Below are positions 52,717 through 63,163 of a stretch of DNA of 64,000 bases, in pieces; the stretch's first letter is position 1; the number at the start of each line of letters is the position of its first letter. Below the pieces are notes generated by a model, which saw only the letters and a program-made list of their open reading frames with translations, searched no databases and had not been told where the DNA came from. Source of the DNA: an uncultured delta proteobacterium (GTDB lineage: Bacteria > Desulfobacterota > Zymogenia > Zymogenales > Zymogenaceae). The DNA is taken from NCBI GenBank assembly GCA_963735595.1, contig CAVTLK010000005.1, forward strand, positions 32,001-96,000, in the 5' to 3' direction. Both the position numbers and the translations under genes were made by a program.

Positions 52717-54039
52717 ATGGGTCAGCTCTCGTTCGGCAAGAAGCTCTCCTATTCGATGGGGGGGATAGCCCTCAACCTGGCAAACCTCGCCATTTCACAG
52801 TGGCTCCTGGTTCTCTATGTCCCGACCAAGGACAAGGCGCTGGTGGCAAGCCTCCTCTTTTCCCTGATTTTTTTGGCCGGCAGGATTACCGACGGAATCA
52901 CCGAGCCCCTTATCGGGTTCTTGAGCGACCACTGGCGGTCGAAACGGGGCAGGCGGATCCCCTTTATCATCTTCGCGACGTTGCCCGTGGCGGCGGTCTC
53001 CTTTCTTCTCTGGACCCCGCCGCTGCCCCACGAGCAGAGCTGGATCAACGGGGTGTACATCTTTGTACTCGTGCAGCTCTTTTTCATCCTCTGGTCGACG
53101 CTGGCAAATCCGTATATGTCGCTCCTTCCGGAGCTGACCTCCGATCTCAAGGAGCGCGTTGATATCTCGGCAATGCAGGCGGTCTTCCTGATGATCGGGA
53201 CCCTCATCTTCGGCTTCCTGGGGCCGATAAAGGAGGCCTTCGGATGGATCGGTATCGGCTCGGTCCTCTTTATCGCCACGATCGTGTCGTTCCTGCCGAC
53301 GATCCTGGTCATCAAGCAGCGGCCTTCGGACGTCAGACGGGGCGCCGATGAGCGTTTTCGTTTTATGATGATCTTTTCATGGGCCGCCACGACCTTCAAG
53401 AACCGGGCGTTTATCCGCTACCTTGCAGCGACGGCGTTGTTCTGGTTTGCGCTCAACCTCTTTATCATCATCGTCCCGTTCTGGTCGAAGTACGTCCTGG
53501 GAAATACCGATGACAAGGTCGTCCTCCTCATGGCGCCGCTCCTTGCCGCAAACCTGGTCTTTTTCTTCGTCTTCAGCGTCCTCTCCAAGAAGTTCGGCAA
53601 GTACGTCATGTTCCTGGTAACACTGGCGGGGTGCGCGGCCGCAATGTCTCTCCTGTGGTTCGTGGGGCCGGCGATTCCGGCAAGCCCCCAGGTACAGACC
53701 CAGGTCGTGATGGGGCTCGTCGGGGTATTCATGGCGGGATTCATGATGCTTCCGATGGCGCTGCTGGCCGACGTCATCGACTACGACGAGACATTGACCG
53801 GCAAACGGCGGGAGGGAATCTACTTCGGCATGCAGAGTATCCTCCAGAAGATCTCCATCGGCGTCTCGATCCCGCTGGCGGCCGCCCTCATGTACGCCGG
53901 GGGCGGGATGACGCCCACGGAGCTGGGGCTCAAGCTTATCGCGCTTGTCGCGGGATTCTTCGCGCTGCTGGCATGCGCGGTGTTCCTGACGTACCCGCTT
54001 CGGGAGCGCGAGGGAAAGGTCTTTGTGAAAGGACGGTAG
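52717..54039 (+). CDS. MFS transporter, GPH (MelB-like) family
   Basis: DGITEP, SD..RSKRGRRIP, PYMSLLPELT and ADVIDYDETLTGKRREGIYFG. Confidence 0.88.
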   Translation: MGQLSFGKKLSYSMGGIALNLANLAISQWLLVLYVPTKDKALVASLLFSLIFLAGRITDGITEPLIGFLSDHWRSKRGRRIPFIIFATLPVAAVSFLLWTPPLPHEQSWINGVYIFVLVQLFFILWSTLANPYMSLLPELTSDLKERVDISAMQAVFLMIGTLIFGFLGPIKEAFGWIGIGSVLFIATIVSFLPTILVIKQRPSDVRRGADERFRFMMIFSWAATTFKNRAFIRYLAATALFWFALNLFIIIVPFWSKYVLGNTDDKVVLLMAPLLAANLVFFFVFSVLSKKFGKYVMFLVTLAGCAAAMSLLWFVGPAIPASPQVQTQVVMGLVGVFMAGFMMLPMALLADVIDYDETLTGKRREGIYFGMQSILQKISIGVSIPLAAALMYAGGGMTPTELGLKLIALVAGFFALLACAVFLTYPLREREGKVFVKGR

Positions 54040-54076
54040 GCGTATCGGCTCGGCGATACACGCGAGGTAACGAGAA

Positions 54077-54973
54077 ATGGAAGCCAAGGTTTCGCGAAAG
54101 AATATCGATTTTCTCAGCCGGGGCTCGCGTTGCGGGGCGTGGCTTTACGAGCCCTCCGGCGTGAGGAAGCCGCCGGTCGTCGTCATGGCCCACGGCTTCG
54201 CGGCCGAGAAGACCTTCGGGCTTGGCGCGTTTGCCGTGCGGTTCGCGGCGGCGGGTATAGCCGCTTTCGTATTCGACTACCGCAACTTCGGGGCGAGCGA
54301 CGGGAAACCCCGAAACCTCGTGAGCCACCGGCGGCACATCGCCGACTGGCGGTCGGCGATCGATTTCGCCCGCGAGTTGCCCTCGGTCGACGGCGGCAGG
54401 ATGGCGCTGTGGGGGTCGTCGTTTTCCGGCGGGCACGTCATCGTGGCGGCGGCTGCCGACCCACGTATCCGGGCGGTCGTAACCCAGGTCCCCTTCGTGG
54501 ACGGGCTTGCCACGGCCGGGACGCTCGGCGCGCCGTTTGTGGCGGCGGCGACCGTTAAGGGGATACGGGACCTGCTCCGCGCGCTTACCTTTCGCGCGCC
54601 CTACACCGTCCCCGTGGTCGGCGCGCCGGACGAATTTGCCGTCATGAACACGGCCGACGCAAAGCCGGGTTTCCTGGCGATACTCCCGAAAGAGACGGCC
54701 TGGAAAAACGAGTGCCCCGCCCGAATACTTCTGACGGTCACAATGTACCGGCCGGTCCGGTACGCGGGGCGCGTCTCCTGCCCCCTCCTTCTGGTCGCGG
54801 CGAAGAAAGACAGTCTCATCCCCATTGCCGCGGTCAGGAAGACCGCGCAGCGCGCGCCGAAGAGTGAGCTGGTGGAGTATGACATCGGGCATTTCGAGAT
54901 CTACACGGGAAAGCACTTCGAGAAGGCGGTCAAGAGGGAAACGGAGTTCCTGGTAAAGCACCTCTCGGCATAA
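54077..54973 (+). CDS. Alpha/beta hydrolase
   Basis: VMAHGF, FDYRNFGASDG, nucleophile WGSSFSGG and GHFEIY. Confidence 0.88.
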   Translation: MEAKVSRKNIDFLSRGSRCGAWLYEPSGVRKPPVVVMAHGFAAEKTFGLGAFAVRFAAAGIAAFVFDYRNFGASDGKPRNLVSHRRHIADWRSAIDFARELPSVDGGRMALWGSSFSGGHVIVAAAADPRIRAVVTQVPFVDGLATAGTLGAPFVAAATVKGIRDLLRALTFRAPYTVPVVGAPDEFAVMNTADAKPGFLAILPKETAWKNECPARILLTVTMYRPVRYAGRVSCPLLLVAAKKDSLIPIAAVRKTAQRAPKSELVEYDIGHFEIYTGKHFEKAVKRETEFLVKHLSA

Positions 54974-55071
54974 CGCTCCGCGACGCTAACCGCGGGGTTT
55001 CCGGGTACGGGCGGGCCCCGGACAATCCGAGGTGTGAGGCCGGAAACGCCCGTGGGATACGGCCCGATCGT

Positions 55072-55548
55072 CTACGTGCCGATCTTGCCTCCCGCCCGCA
55101 CGGCGGTCACCACGCCCCCGGCGCATTCGACGCCGCCGGAGACTACGGAGCAGGCGACGACGGACTTTCTCTCCCCGAAACCGGTCACCCGGGCGCGAAG
55201 CTCCAGCTCGACACCCACGGCGGCGGGCGACACGAAATCCACCTCGAGCCGCGCCGTGAAAAATAGGATCAGGGGCTCGGACCCCGGCTCGCGTCCCTGT
55301 TCCTGGTAGGCCGCGGCCACCGCCGTACCGACGCTGTGGCAGTCGATGAGGCTTGCGATCAACCCCCCGTATACGACGCTCGGGTAGGCGGCGTGGCGGG
55401 TAAGCGGAGTGAAGCGGGAGATGCCCTCGGCCCCGTCCCAATAGGTCTCGATGTGCAGTCCCTCGGGATTGTGCCGCCCGCACCCGAAACAGACCGCGAT
55501 GTCGTCCGGGTAGTAGTCCTGTATCGGTCTCTCGTAGACGTAACTCAT
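55072..55548 (-). CDS. PaaI family (hotdog) thioesterase
   Basis: CFGCGRHNPEGL, VYGGLIASLIDCH and TARLEVDF. Confidence 0.85.
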   Translation of the reverse strand: MSYVYERPIQDYYPDDIAVCFGCGRHNPEGLHIETYWDGAEGISRFTPLTRHAAYPSVVYGGLIASLIDCHSVGTAVAAAYQEQGREPGSEPLILFFTARLEVDFVSPAAVGVELELRARVTGFGERKSVVACSVVSGGVECAGGVVTAVRAGGKIGT

Positions 55549-55812
55549 CACAGTATTCCCTTCCTCTTTTTGTATTATGGAACCCCGGTCACCGATTTGT
55601 GTCCCACGGTATGTCATTGTCATGTCATTCTCATAGTGGGAGCGGCGCTGTCAAGGATAAATTGCCCCCGTGGTGTCCTGATGGCCGATATTTTTTCGGT
55701 TGACATTGACCGTTTTTGTATTACCTTTAGTAGATATGGGGCCGAATCGCGGCCCCGCCGGAGCTTATTGTTTCAGCCGTAACGGGGGTATCCCCCGGGG
55801 AGGGCAGGTACG

Positions 55813-57105
55813 ATGAAACGGTATCGATTTACGGCCATCACGTCTATCTTCGTTATCCTTGCGCTGGCCGTTCCGCTGTTCTGTTTCGGCGGCGAGTACG
55901 ACGGGCTGCATCAAGTCGAGCGGGACGCCGGATCGCTGGACGCGTACATGAAGAAGGGGGCCGATATCGCCCTGAAGATTACCGAGCTAACCGGCGTTGC
56001 TCTCTCTCCGCTGGTGGGCCTGGTCGTCGTCGGCGGGATCGAGTACTACAAGGCCAAGAAGCAGGGAGAGCCCGTCCGGTGGTTTTTCTCGCTCTGGTTC
56101 ATGGGGGCGATTGCCTTTGTCCTGATCCTTATCACGCTCAAGGATACGATCGGGGAACTGGCCCCGTTTTTCAAGAAGCCGCTCGACGCGCTGGATTTCG
56201 TCCAGCATAAGTTTTCGGGCATCATCGCCTTTGCCATCGTGGCGCCGCAGCTGGTGCTGTCCATCCTCGAACCCGTCAGCCAGACGGTGTCGTATCTCTT
56301 TAACCTGGTCAATCCCGTCGCCACGGCATGGGCGGCCGAATCGGGGACCGGCGCGCTCACCGGGACCGTGGGGACCGTCCTGATCGTGGCGATCGTCGTC
56401 TCGGCCGTCATCGCGGCCGTCTTCTTCCTGACGATCTGGCTTGCGGCCGGCGCGGTGGAGACTCTCATCCTGCTTGCCCCGATCCCCTTTGTGGGGCTCA
56501 TCCTCCGTTCCTTCAGGCTCTCGATATTCACGCTGCTGATGATCGGGGCGGCGATAAGCCCCGTTATCGGGGTACTCCTTTCGTTCGTGATCCTATACCT
56601 CTCGTATCGACTCCTCGGCTGGTCGTATCGTTTGGCCGTCTTCGGGTGGATCATCGCCCTGGATACGCTCGGCGGCAGGCACCACTACGTGCACCTGGAC
56701 GAAGACAACTACATCGCGGCATTCGCGTCATCGGCGATCAAGGGGGTCCGCAACCGGACGTACGGGCGGCTGATGAAGGAGGGCAAGTCCCTCTTCTTTG
56801 AATACCGGAGATTTACGGTCTTTAACCGGAAAAAAGTTGCCGTGGCGGAGAGCCCGGCCCACGTCGGGATAGCCCGGGGGAGCCTGCTGCCCACGGTGAT
56901 CGGTACCAAACACGACCATAAGCGGCCGCCGACGCTCTTCTGGCTGCCGCCCCGTTACCGGGGGCACGAGGAAGGGACGGCGAAATTGCTGGGGCTCTCT
57001 CCCGAGATCCACGATCAGCGCTTCAGAAGGCGGTTGAAGGACGCCTGGAGATGGATTGTCGGCCAGACCGTGGAGGAAGAGACTCCCGTCCCTCAGAAGG
57101 CGTAG
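55813..57105 (+). CDS. Hypothetical multi-pass membrane protein (DUF4126-like)
   Basis: Intact ORF with several TMs, TGVALSPL and KKPLDALD, plus a soluble C-terminal domain. Confidence 0.6.
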   Translation: MKRYRFTAITSIFVILALAVPLFCFGGEYDGLHQVERDAGSLDAYMKKGADIALKITELTGVALSPLVGLVVVGGIEYYKAKKQGEPVRWFFSLWFMGAIAFVLILITLKDTIGELAPFFKKPLDALDFVQHKFSGIIAFAIVAPQLVLSILEPVSQTVSYLFNLVNPVATAWAAESGTGALTGTVGTVLIVAIVVSAVIAAVFFLTIWLAAGAVETLILLAPIPFVGLILRSFRLSIFTLLMIGAAISPVIGVLLSFVILYLSYRLLGWSYRLAVFGWIIALDTLGGRHHYVHLDEDNYIAAFASSAIKGVRNRTYGRLMKEGKSLFFEYRRFTVFNRKKVAVAESPAHVGIARGSLLPTVIGTKHDHKRPPTLFWLPPRYRGHEEGTAKLLGLSPEIHDQRFRRRLKDAWRWIVGQTVEEETPVPQKA

Positions 57106-57130
57106 CTTTTACGAAGGCCTGTTCAATACG

Positions 57131-57166
57131 AAACGGCCCCCTTCGAAAGAAGGAGGCCGTTCTTTT
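57131..57166 (+). terminator. Intrinsic terminator
   Basis: AACGGCCCCCTTC GAAA GAAGGAGGCCGTT followed by CTTTT. Confidence 0.7.
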
Positions 57167-57218
57167 ATACCGGCGGTCCCGCCTAATACCCGTAGGGGCC
57201 GCATTTATGCCGCCCGTC

Positions 57219-58370
57219 CTACCGTCGGGCCGTCCTTTTCTGCAGGGCGATCACCGCGGTGAAGACGGTCAGGCAGGCCAGGATCAGCATGATAAAGAGC
57301 ATCCCGGTAGCCAACGAGGCCGCGTCGGTGATCAGGCCGACGACGTAGGGGAAGATCAGCATGCCGCTGCCCATGAACATCATCAGAAATCCGGTGATGG
57401 TGCCGGGGATACGGGAGAACCGGTTGACGCCCAGCCCCAGGGCCGTCGGGAATATCCCGGAGAAAAAGAGGCCGACCAGGGCCAGGCCCAGCCCTGAAAG
57501 CCACCCCCGGCCCGCCGTCAGAAAGAGGGCGTAGGCGGCAAGCGACAGGGCCGTCAGGATAAAAAGGAGGAGACGGTCCCCGATCTTTCTCGCAGCCACG
57601 AATACCACGAACCTCCCGGCCGTGATCGCCACCCAGAAATAGGAGAGGAAAGAACCGGCCACGAGCGTACTCAGGCCGTAGCGCTGGGTCAGGTGGAGGA
57701 CAGACCAGTAGGTAATCCCCATCTCGGAGCCGACGTAGAGGATAATCACCGCGCCCAACAGCAGCGCCGCGGGTGTGCGGGCGACGGCCACGAATCCGGA
57801 GAAATCGATCTTTTCCGCGGCGACTGCTTGAGGAAAGGGAGAAAACGCCATAAGCGCGGCCACGGCGGCGGCTACAATCGCGAGAACCCAGTAGCCCGTC
57901 TGCCACGCCGCCCCCGAATCGATGAGCGCCCCGGACAGGATCGGCCCCGTCAGCGCCCCGATGCCGAAAAAGGCGTGCAACAGGTTAAGGGCGGAGGCCC
58001 GCTTGTGAGGGAAAAGGCCGGAAACGACGGTGTTCGTGACGATCTCGATACCGCCGCCGGCCATCCCCAGGATAAAAAACGCGGCCAGCGCAACGGCAAA
58101 GCTCGGGGTGGCGGCAAACAGAACAAGTCCCACCGTCAGCAGCGCCTGCCCGGCGACTCCCACGACGTGAGCGCCGTACCGGTCAACGATATATCCGCCC
58201 AGCAGAACCGCGGGTATGAGACCCGCCGAGAGGGTCGTGGTAAAGAGGCCGAGCTGTGAGGGGGAAAGGGAAAAGCCCCGGGCTATGGCGGCAAGCGCCG
58301 GCCCCATGATAGTGATGCACATCCCCCAGCAGAGGATCGAGAGGTATGAGGTAATCGCGGCTCTGTTCAT
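57219..58370 (-). CDS. MFS transporter (FucP/TsgA-like)
   Basis: About 12 TMs; GYIVDRYG, LNLLHAFFGIGA and YVGSEMG. Confidence 0.85.
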   Translation of the reverse strand: MNRAAITSYLSILCWGMCITIMGPALAAIARGFSLSPSQLGLFTTTLSAGLIPAVLLGGYIVDRYGAHVVGVAGQALLTVGLVLFAATPSFAVALAAFFILGMAGGGIEIVTNTVVSGLFPHKRASALNLLHAFFGIGALTGPILSGALIDSGAAWQTGYWVLAIVAAAVAALMAFSPFPQAVAAEKIDFSGFVAVARTPAALLLGAVIILYVGSEMGITYWSVLHLTQRYGLSTLVAGSFLSYFWVAITAGRFVVFVAARKIGDRLLLFILTALSLAAYALFLTAGRGWLSGLGLALVGLFFSGIFPTALGLGVNRFSRIPGTITGFLMMFMGSGMLIFPYVVGLITDAASLATGMLFIMLILACLTVFTAVIALQKRTARR

Positions 58371-58559
58371 ATCGTATCCGTTTCGATAGCCTGTCTTCCG
58401 ATAAAAAATCAGTATAGCAGGATTTCACGTAACGGACAAAACAAAACGTCTCTGCGGCCGATCACCGCCATCATCAGAAGGCCGCCTCGCCCGTCCTCCC
58501 CTGAAGGCGGTGACCGGTACGCGATCGGAAACCTACGAATCGTTACCCGACTATAGCTA

Positions 58560-58588
58560 TTGACAAAAACGCCCTATTTCCCTATACT
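58560..58588 (+). promoter_or_regulatory. sigma70 promoter upstream of the SDR gene
   Basis: TTGACA-17-TATACT. Confidence 0.7.
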
Positions 58589-58673
58589 CCAGACACGGCG
58601 CCCGTCCGATACAAAAATGCCGCGCATGCCGATATCCTAGCGGCCGGCGTACCGGTAAGAAAGGAGCGAATCG

Positions 58674-59486
58674 ATGATCAAGAAGGTCCTCGTTACCGGG
58701 GCCTCCCGGGGGATCGGGAAGGCGATTGCGCTCATGCTTGCAGATAGCGGATGCCCGGTCGTGGGGACGTCCCGGTTCACCGCAAAACTCCCGGCCTCCC
58801 TCACAAACCACCCCATGCTGCGGTTCGTCTCCATGGACGTGACCGACCCGCTCTCCATAACACAGGGCGTAACGGAGGCAGCCGGAATCCTCGGTGGGAT
58901 TGACGTTCTGGTAAATAACGCCGGCATCAGCCAGATCGGCCCGCTGGAGGAAATGCCCGAGGCCCAGGGCAGGGCCGTCATGGAGACCGATTTTTTCGGC
59001 CCCGCGGCCGTAATCCGCGGGGTCCTGCCGCACCTGAGAAAGGCGGGCGGGGGCCTGATCATCAACGTCACGTCCCTGGCCGGGCGGATCGGCATCCCCT
59101 ACCAGACCTTCTACTGCGCCTCCAAATTCGCCCTCGAGGGGCTTTCCGAGGCGCTGCGCCTGGAGCTCTATTCCCAGAACATTCGCGTGGTGATCGTCGA
59201 GCCGGGTGATATCAAGACCGATATCGGCGACCACCGGCTGCTGTGCGATGCGGCGATCCCGGAATACCGGAAGGGTTTTACCGCGGCCTGTAACGCCATC
59301 AACCGGTCCGTCGGCGGCGCGGGGCCGCCCGAGGACGTGGCGCGGGTGGTGCTCGAGGTTATCAGCGCGAAAAACCCGCGGACGCGCTACGTCGCGGGAA
59401 AGGGGGCGGCATCCACGAGCCTGTTGATGAGGCTTTTACCCAAGAGGCTCGTCGAGCGGCTCATCCGAAACCACTACGGGGTGTAG
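58674..59486 (+). CDS. Short-chain dehydrogenase/reductase (SDR)
   Basis: TGASRGIG, NNAG, YCASKF and VEPG. Confidence 0.92.
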   Translation: MIKKVLVTGASRGIGKAIALMLADSGCPVVGTSRFTAKLPASLTNHPMLRFVSMDVTDPLSITQGVTEAAGILGGIDVLVNNAGISQIGPLEEMPEAQGRAVMETDFFGPAAVIRGVLPHLRKAGGGLIINVTSLAGRIGIPYQTFYCASKFALEGLSEALRLELYSQNIRVVIVEPGDIKTDIGDHRLLCDAAIPEYRKGFTAACNAINRSVGGAGPPEDVARVVLEVISAKNPRTRYVAGKGAASTSLLMRLLPKRLVERLIRNHYGV

Positions 59487-59552
59487 GGGAAGACGAGGGG
59501 ACGAGGACGGGGCCGATCCGGCTGGTGCCGGCGGCGAGATTCCATTAACTCT

Positions 59553-60926
59553 ATGGTAACGGGTCGAAGAAATCCAATGGGTGAAAGAGGGCGCGTCGCT
59601 CCTTCCATAAGCGGCTCGTGGGATTACCGCGCCGTTATCCTCTGTATCCTGCTGTGCCTGCTCCCGCTTGCCTTCCGGTTCCCCCTGTTCGGGCCGCTTG
59701 CCCCGTTGGTCGGCAACAAGTTGCAGCCCCTCGAAATCGCCTTCGTCGTGCTCTTTCCCCTGTATCTCCTGATAGCGGCAAAAAGAGGGGAGCTGCGCAC
59801 CGCGCTGCCGGCGGGCTGGCCGTTCCTCCTCGGGTTCGCGGCGGTCTGCCTGGTTTCAAGTCTCCTTTCGATCGACCCGAAGAAATCGCTCATCGATACT
59901 GCCGGATTCATCTATCTCTTTTTGCTTTACGTCCTTTTTTATAAACTCCTCGAGGACCGACGCAACGTAATCATCTCGATGCGGATCTTCGTCGTCGTTT
60001 CGACGCTTGTCGCCTTCCTTGGATTGGCCGCGTACTGGGCGTACATGATTTTCGGGTACCAGACCTTTGCGGTGGAGGTAGTCAACGATTTCCTCGGGAT
60101 GAAAATGGTCAGGGTAAATTCGACCTTCTTTACCTGCAACCACCTCATCGTTTTTCTCGGTTTTGCCCTGGCAATCGCCCTCTGGTTTTTAGGGTCCCAG
60201 GAGAAGCGGTTGTACAAGATACTGTCCGTGGGCCTTATCGTTATAACCTGTTCCTTTATGCTGACCGGGCTCTACCGGGGCGCGTTCATGATCTGGGGCG
60301 TGCTCTTCTTCGGCACGAGGGATTTCGTTAAGACAAAATGGACCAGGGCGCTTAGGGGCGCACTGCTGATGCTCACGATCATCTTTTCTCTCCTGTTTCT
60401 TTTTCAGGGATATCTAACGCTGGCCCCGGTAAAGATCGCCTATGATCCCGGCGCCGAACGGCTCGGCGCCTCGATTTCCACACAACCTTCCATCTACTCG
60501 CAGCTCCATGAGGCGGCGGCCAAGATCGCCCTGGACCATCCGATCCTCGGAGTCGGCCCCGGCCTCTATAATATTTATATGCAGAAGCCCGAGTACGGGT
60601 TTGATTTCACCGCGCACCCCTTCCGGGGCCTGGACCCGCACAGCACCTACCTCGGCTACGCGGCCGAGACCGGGTTAGCGGGGCTGCTGTTTCTCGTAAT
60701 GTTTTTCGGGATGACGTATAAAAGGGCCGGTGCTGTGGGAAAGGGCGGAGACGAAGCCCGGCGGCTCGGGGGCCTTCTCCGGGTCTATCTTTCTTTTCTG
60801 CTTGTCTATGCGGTGTTTATTGACATCGTCACTATACGATTTCTCTATTTCGCCTATGCCCTGATATCGGTGCTGGCCGATCAGACCGGGGGAGTCTCCG
60901 GGGGAGATACGTCAGAGGTCGGATGA
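59553..60926 (+). CDS. O-antigen ligase/polymerase-like (Wzy_C) membrane protein
   Basis: Multi-TM; RVNSTF..NHL, HPILGVGPG and PHSTYLGYAAETGLAG. Confidence 0.78.
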   Translation: MVTGRRNPMGERGRVAPSISGSWDYRAVILCILLCLLPLAFRFPLFGPLAPLVGNKLQPLEIAFVVLFPLYLLIAAKRGELRTALPAGWPFLLGFAAVCLVSSLLSIDPKKSLIDTAGFIYLFLLYVLFYKLLEDRRNVIISMRIFVVVSTLVAFLGLAAYWAYMIFGYQTFAVEVVNDFLGMKMVRVNSTFFTCNHLIVFLGFALAIALWFLGSQEKRLYKILSVGLIVITCSFMLTGLYRGAFMIWGVLFFGTRDFVKTKWTRALRGALLMLTIIFSLLFLFQGYLTLAPVKIAYDPGAERLGASISTQPSIYSQLHEAAAKIALDHPILGVGPGLYNIYMQKPEYGFDFTAHPFRGLDPHSTYLGYAAETGLAGLLFLVMFFGMTYKRAGAVGKGGDEARRLGGLLRVYLSFLLVYAVFIDIVTIRFLYFAYALISVLADQTGGVSGGDTSEVG

Positions 60927-61879
60927 TGATGCGTTCTAAAACAGGACAGGGGCCGAAAACGGCGGTAGTCATCCCGTGTTATAATGTCCGTGACCGTATA
61001 GCGGACGTTATCTCGGCCGTTCCGAAATATATCGACTATATTATTGTCGTGGACGACCGGTGTCCCCAGGGATCGGGAAAGGCGGCCGAAAAGATCGGCG
61101 ATCCGAGGGTTATCGTTATCTACCATGAAAAGAATCTCGGCGTGGGCGGCGCGGTAGTCTCCGGATTCAAAAAGGGGCTCGCATTAGGGTGTGATATTCT
61201 TATCAAGCTTGACGGCGACGGCCAGATGGCGCCCGGGGACGCGGAACAATTCATCGCGCCAATCCGGGAAGGGAAAGCCGACTACGTAAAAGGGAACCGA
61301 TTTCGGGATCTTTCGTCCATTAGCGCCATGCCGAAGATACGGCTGCTGGGCAACAGCGTGCTTTCCTTCGCGGTGAAGCTCGTCTCCGGCTACTGGAACC
61401 TCGTTGACCCCACGAACGGATATATTGCCGTTTCGGGAAAGACGATCGAGCGGATTAACCTTACTCAGGTTGCTAAGGGTTACTTTTTCGAAATCGATAT
61501 GCTTATAAAGCTCAACATCATCAACGCGGTTATCGCCGAGGCCCCGATACCGGCCCGGTACGGAGACGAGCCCAGCTCGCTGTCCGTTGCGAGGCTGGCC
61601 GTAACCTTTCCGGTTAAATTGCTGAGCGGGTTCATGAAACGGATCCTGTTCAAATACTACATCTACGATTTCAACATGGCGTCGGTCTACCTGCTGATCG
61701 GCGTACCCCTGTTTGTCTTCGGCGTAGCCTTCGGCATCGAGCAATGGATCGATTCATACCTGACACAGGTTCCCCGATCGCCGGGGACTATCATGCTCGT
61801 TGCGCTGCCGATTATCGTCTCGTTCGAGATGCTCCTCCAGGCGATCAACATCGATATAAACTCGGTCCCGAAAAGATAA
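60923..61879 (+). CDS. GT2 glycosyltransferase (DPM/GtrB-like, two C-terminal TMs)
   Basis: VVIPCYN, VVDD, NLGVGGA, KLDGDGQ, KGNRF and DPTNGY. Confidence 0.88.
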   Translation: MMMRSKTGQGPKTAVVIPCYNVRDRIADVISAVPKYIDYIIVVDDRCPQGSGKAAEKIGDPRVIVIYHEKNLGVGGAVVSGFKKGLALGCDILIKLDGDGQMAPGDAEQFIAPIREGKADYVKGNRFRDLSSISAMPKIRLLGNSVLSFAVKLVSGYWNLVDPTNGYIAVSGKTIERINLTQVAKGYFFEIDMLIKLNIINAVIAEAPIPARYGDEPSSLSVARLAVTFPVKLLSGFMKRILFKYYIYDFNMASVYLLIGVPLFVFGVAFGIEQWIDSYLTQVPRSPGTIMLVALPIIVSFEMLLQAINIDINSVPKR

Positions 61880-61973
61880 CTGAGACAATGTTCGCCCGGA
61901 TCTGACGACACGCGCCCGTATTGTAACGCAGCGTGAATACAAATCAGATGTTAGGGACACCGTATAGCAGGCG

Positions 61974-62771
61974 ATGCAGTTACCTGATTCTAACCATACG
62001 TTCGTGATCCCTGCCTATGGAGATTCTCCCTATCTGGGCGAATGCATCGCCTCGCTAAAGGCGCAAACTACGCCGAGCGATATCCTTATCTCGACCTCGA
62101 CTCCTTCGGCTGATTTAGCGCGTATCGCGCGGGCGCATGATATACAGGTTTTCGTTAATGATGGTAAGAGTACGATTGCCTCGGACTGGTCTTTCGGGTA
62201 TCGATCGGCCACAACGCCGTATATCACCCTTGCCCATCAGGACGACATCTACTATCCCCGTTATACGGAACGCTGCATGGCCGTGGCCGGGCGCTTTAAG
62301 CAAAACCTGATCACGTTTACCGATTACCACGAGCAGATGGGCGATAGGAAGACCGGGTTTCGAGCCAATCTGATCGTAAAGAAGTTGATCCTGTTTCCCT
62401 TTTTTGTGGCCAATCGAAATCTGGAAAGCCGTCTTTTCAAGAAGTGGATGCTCTCGTTCGGCTCGCCGATCTCCTGCCCGAGCGTGATGTACCATAAGGA
62501 GGCGATCGGGGACTTCCGGTTCTCGAACGATTTTATCGTCAACCTCGATTGGGAAGCCTGGATACGCCTGGCCGAACGCGCGGGAGATTTCGTCTTCGTG
62601 AATGAGAGGCTCATGGCCCACCGCATTCACGATGAATCGGCTACGACACGGGGAATTGAGGCGGGGGTAAGAGAGGCCGAAGATACGGCCCTCTTCTCCC
62701 GAATCTGGGGATCGGACGCGGGCCGATTGCTGGCGTGGATGTATAGATTTAGCTACTTTTCAAACGGCTGA
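61974..62771 (+). CDS. GT2 (family A) glycosyltransferase
   Basis: HTFVIPAY, AHQDDIY, ISCPSV, LDWEAW and HRIH. Confidence 0.85.
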   Translation: MQLPDSNHTFVIPAYGDSPYLGECIASLKAQTTPSDILISTSTPSADLARIARAHDIQVFVNDGKSTIASDWSFGYRSATTPYITLAHQDDIYYPRYTERCMAVAGRFKQNLITFTDYHEQMGDRKTGFRANLIVKKLILFPFFVANRNLESRLFKKWMLSFGSPISCPSVMYHKEAIGDFRFSNDFIVNLDWEAWIRLAERAGDFVFVNERLMAHRIHDESATTRGIEAGVREAEDTALFSRIWGSDAGRLLAWMYRFSYFSNG

Positions 62772-62776
62772 TACGA

Positions 62777-63163
62777 ATGAGCACTACCGTAATCCTGATA
62801 CTCTGGATACTGCTCTTTTCCGTCTCGACGTCTTTATCTGTCGTGCTGCTGGGCGACCGTAAGCTTATATCGGGGGATCTCCTTCATGCGGAGCGTCTTC
62901 TGAACCTGGTTTTCCACTGGAAATTTATCGCGGCGTTCCTCCTGGCCCTCGTGGCGCGGGCATCCTTTTTGATGGTGAACAATACGCTCTTGAAGGTCGA
63001 TGACCTGGCCAGGAACTCGACGACGATTACCGCTTTTGTCACCGCCGTAGCCTACATATTCATAATCGGGACGAACTACCTCTTCCTGGGCGAGCGACTT
63101 ACGGCAAACCAGTTGGTCGGAGGTATCGTCATCGTCGCGGGTATATATATCCTGGTGAGATAG
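62777..63163 (+). CDS. Small 4-TM DMT/SMR-EamA-like protein (ArnE/F-like flippase candidate)
   Basis: 128 aa, hydrophobic, ending LFLGERLT..QLVGGIVIVAG. Confidence 0.65.
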   Translation: MSTTVILILWILLFSVSTSLSVVLLGDRKLISGDLLHAERLLNLVFHWKFIAAFLLALVARASFLMVNNTLLKVDDLARNSTTITAFVTAVAYIFIIGTNYLFLGERLTANQLVGGIVIVAGIYILVR

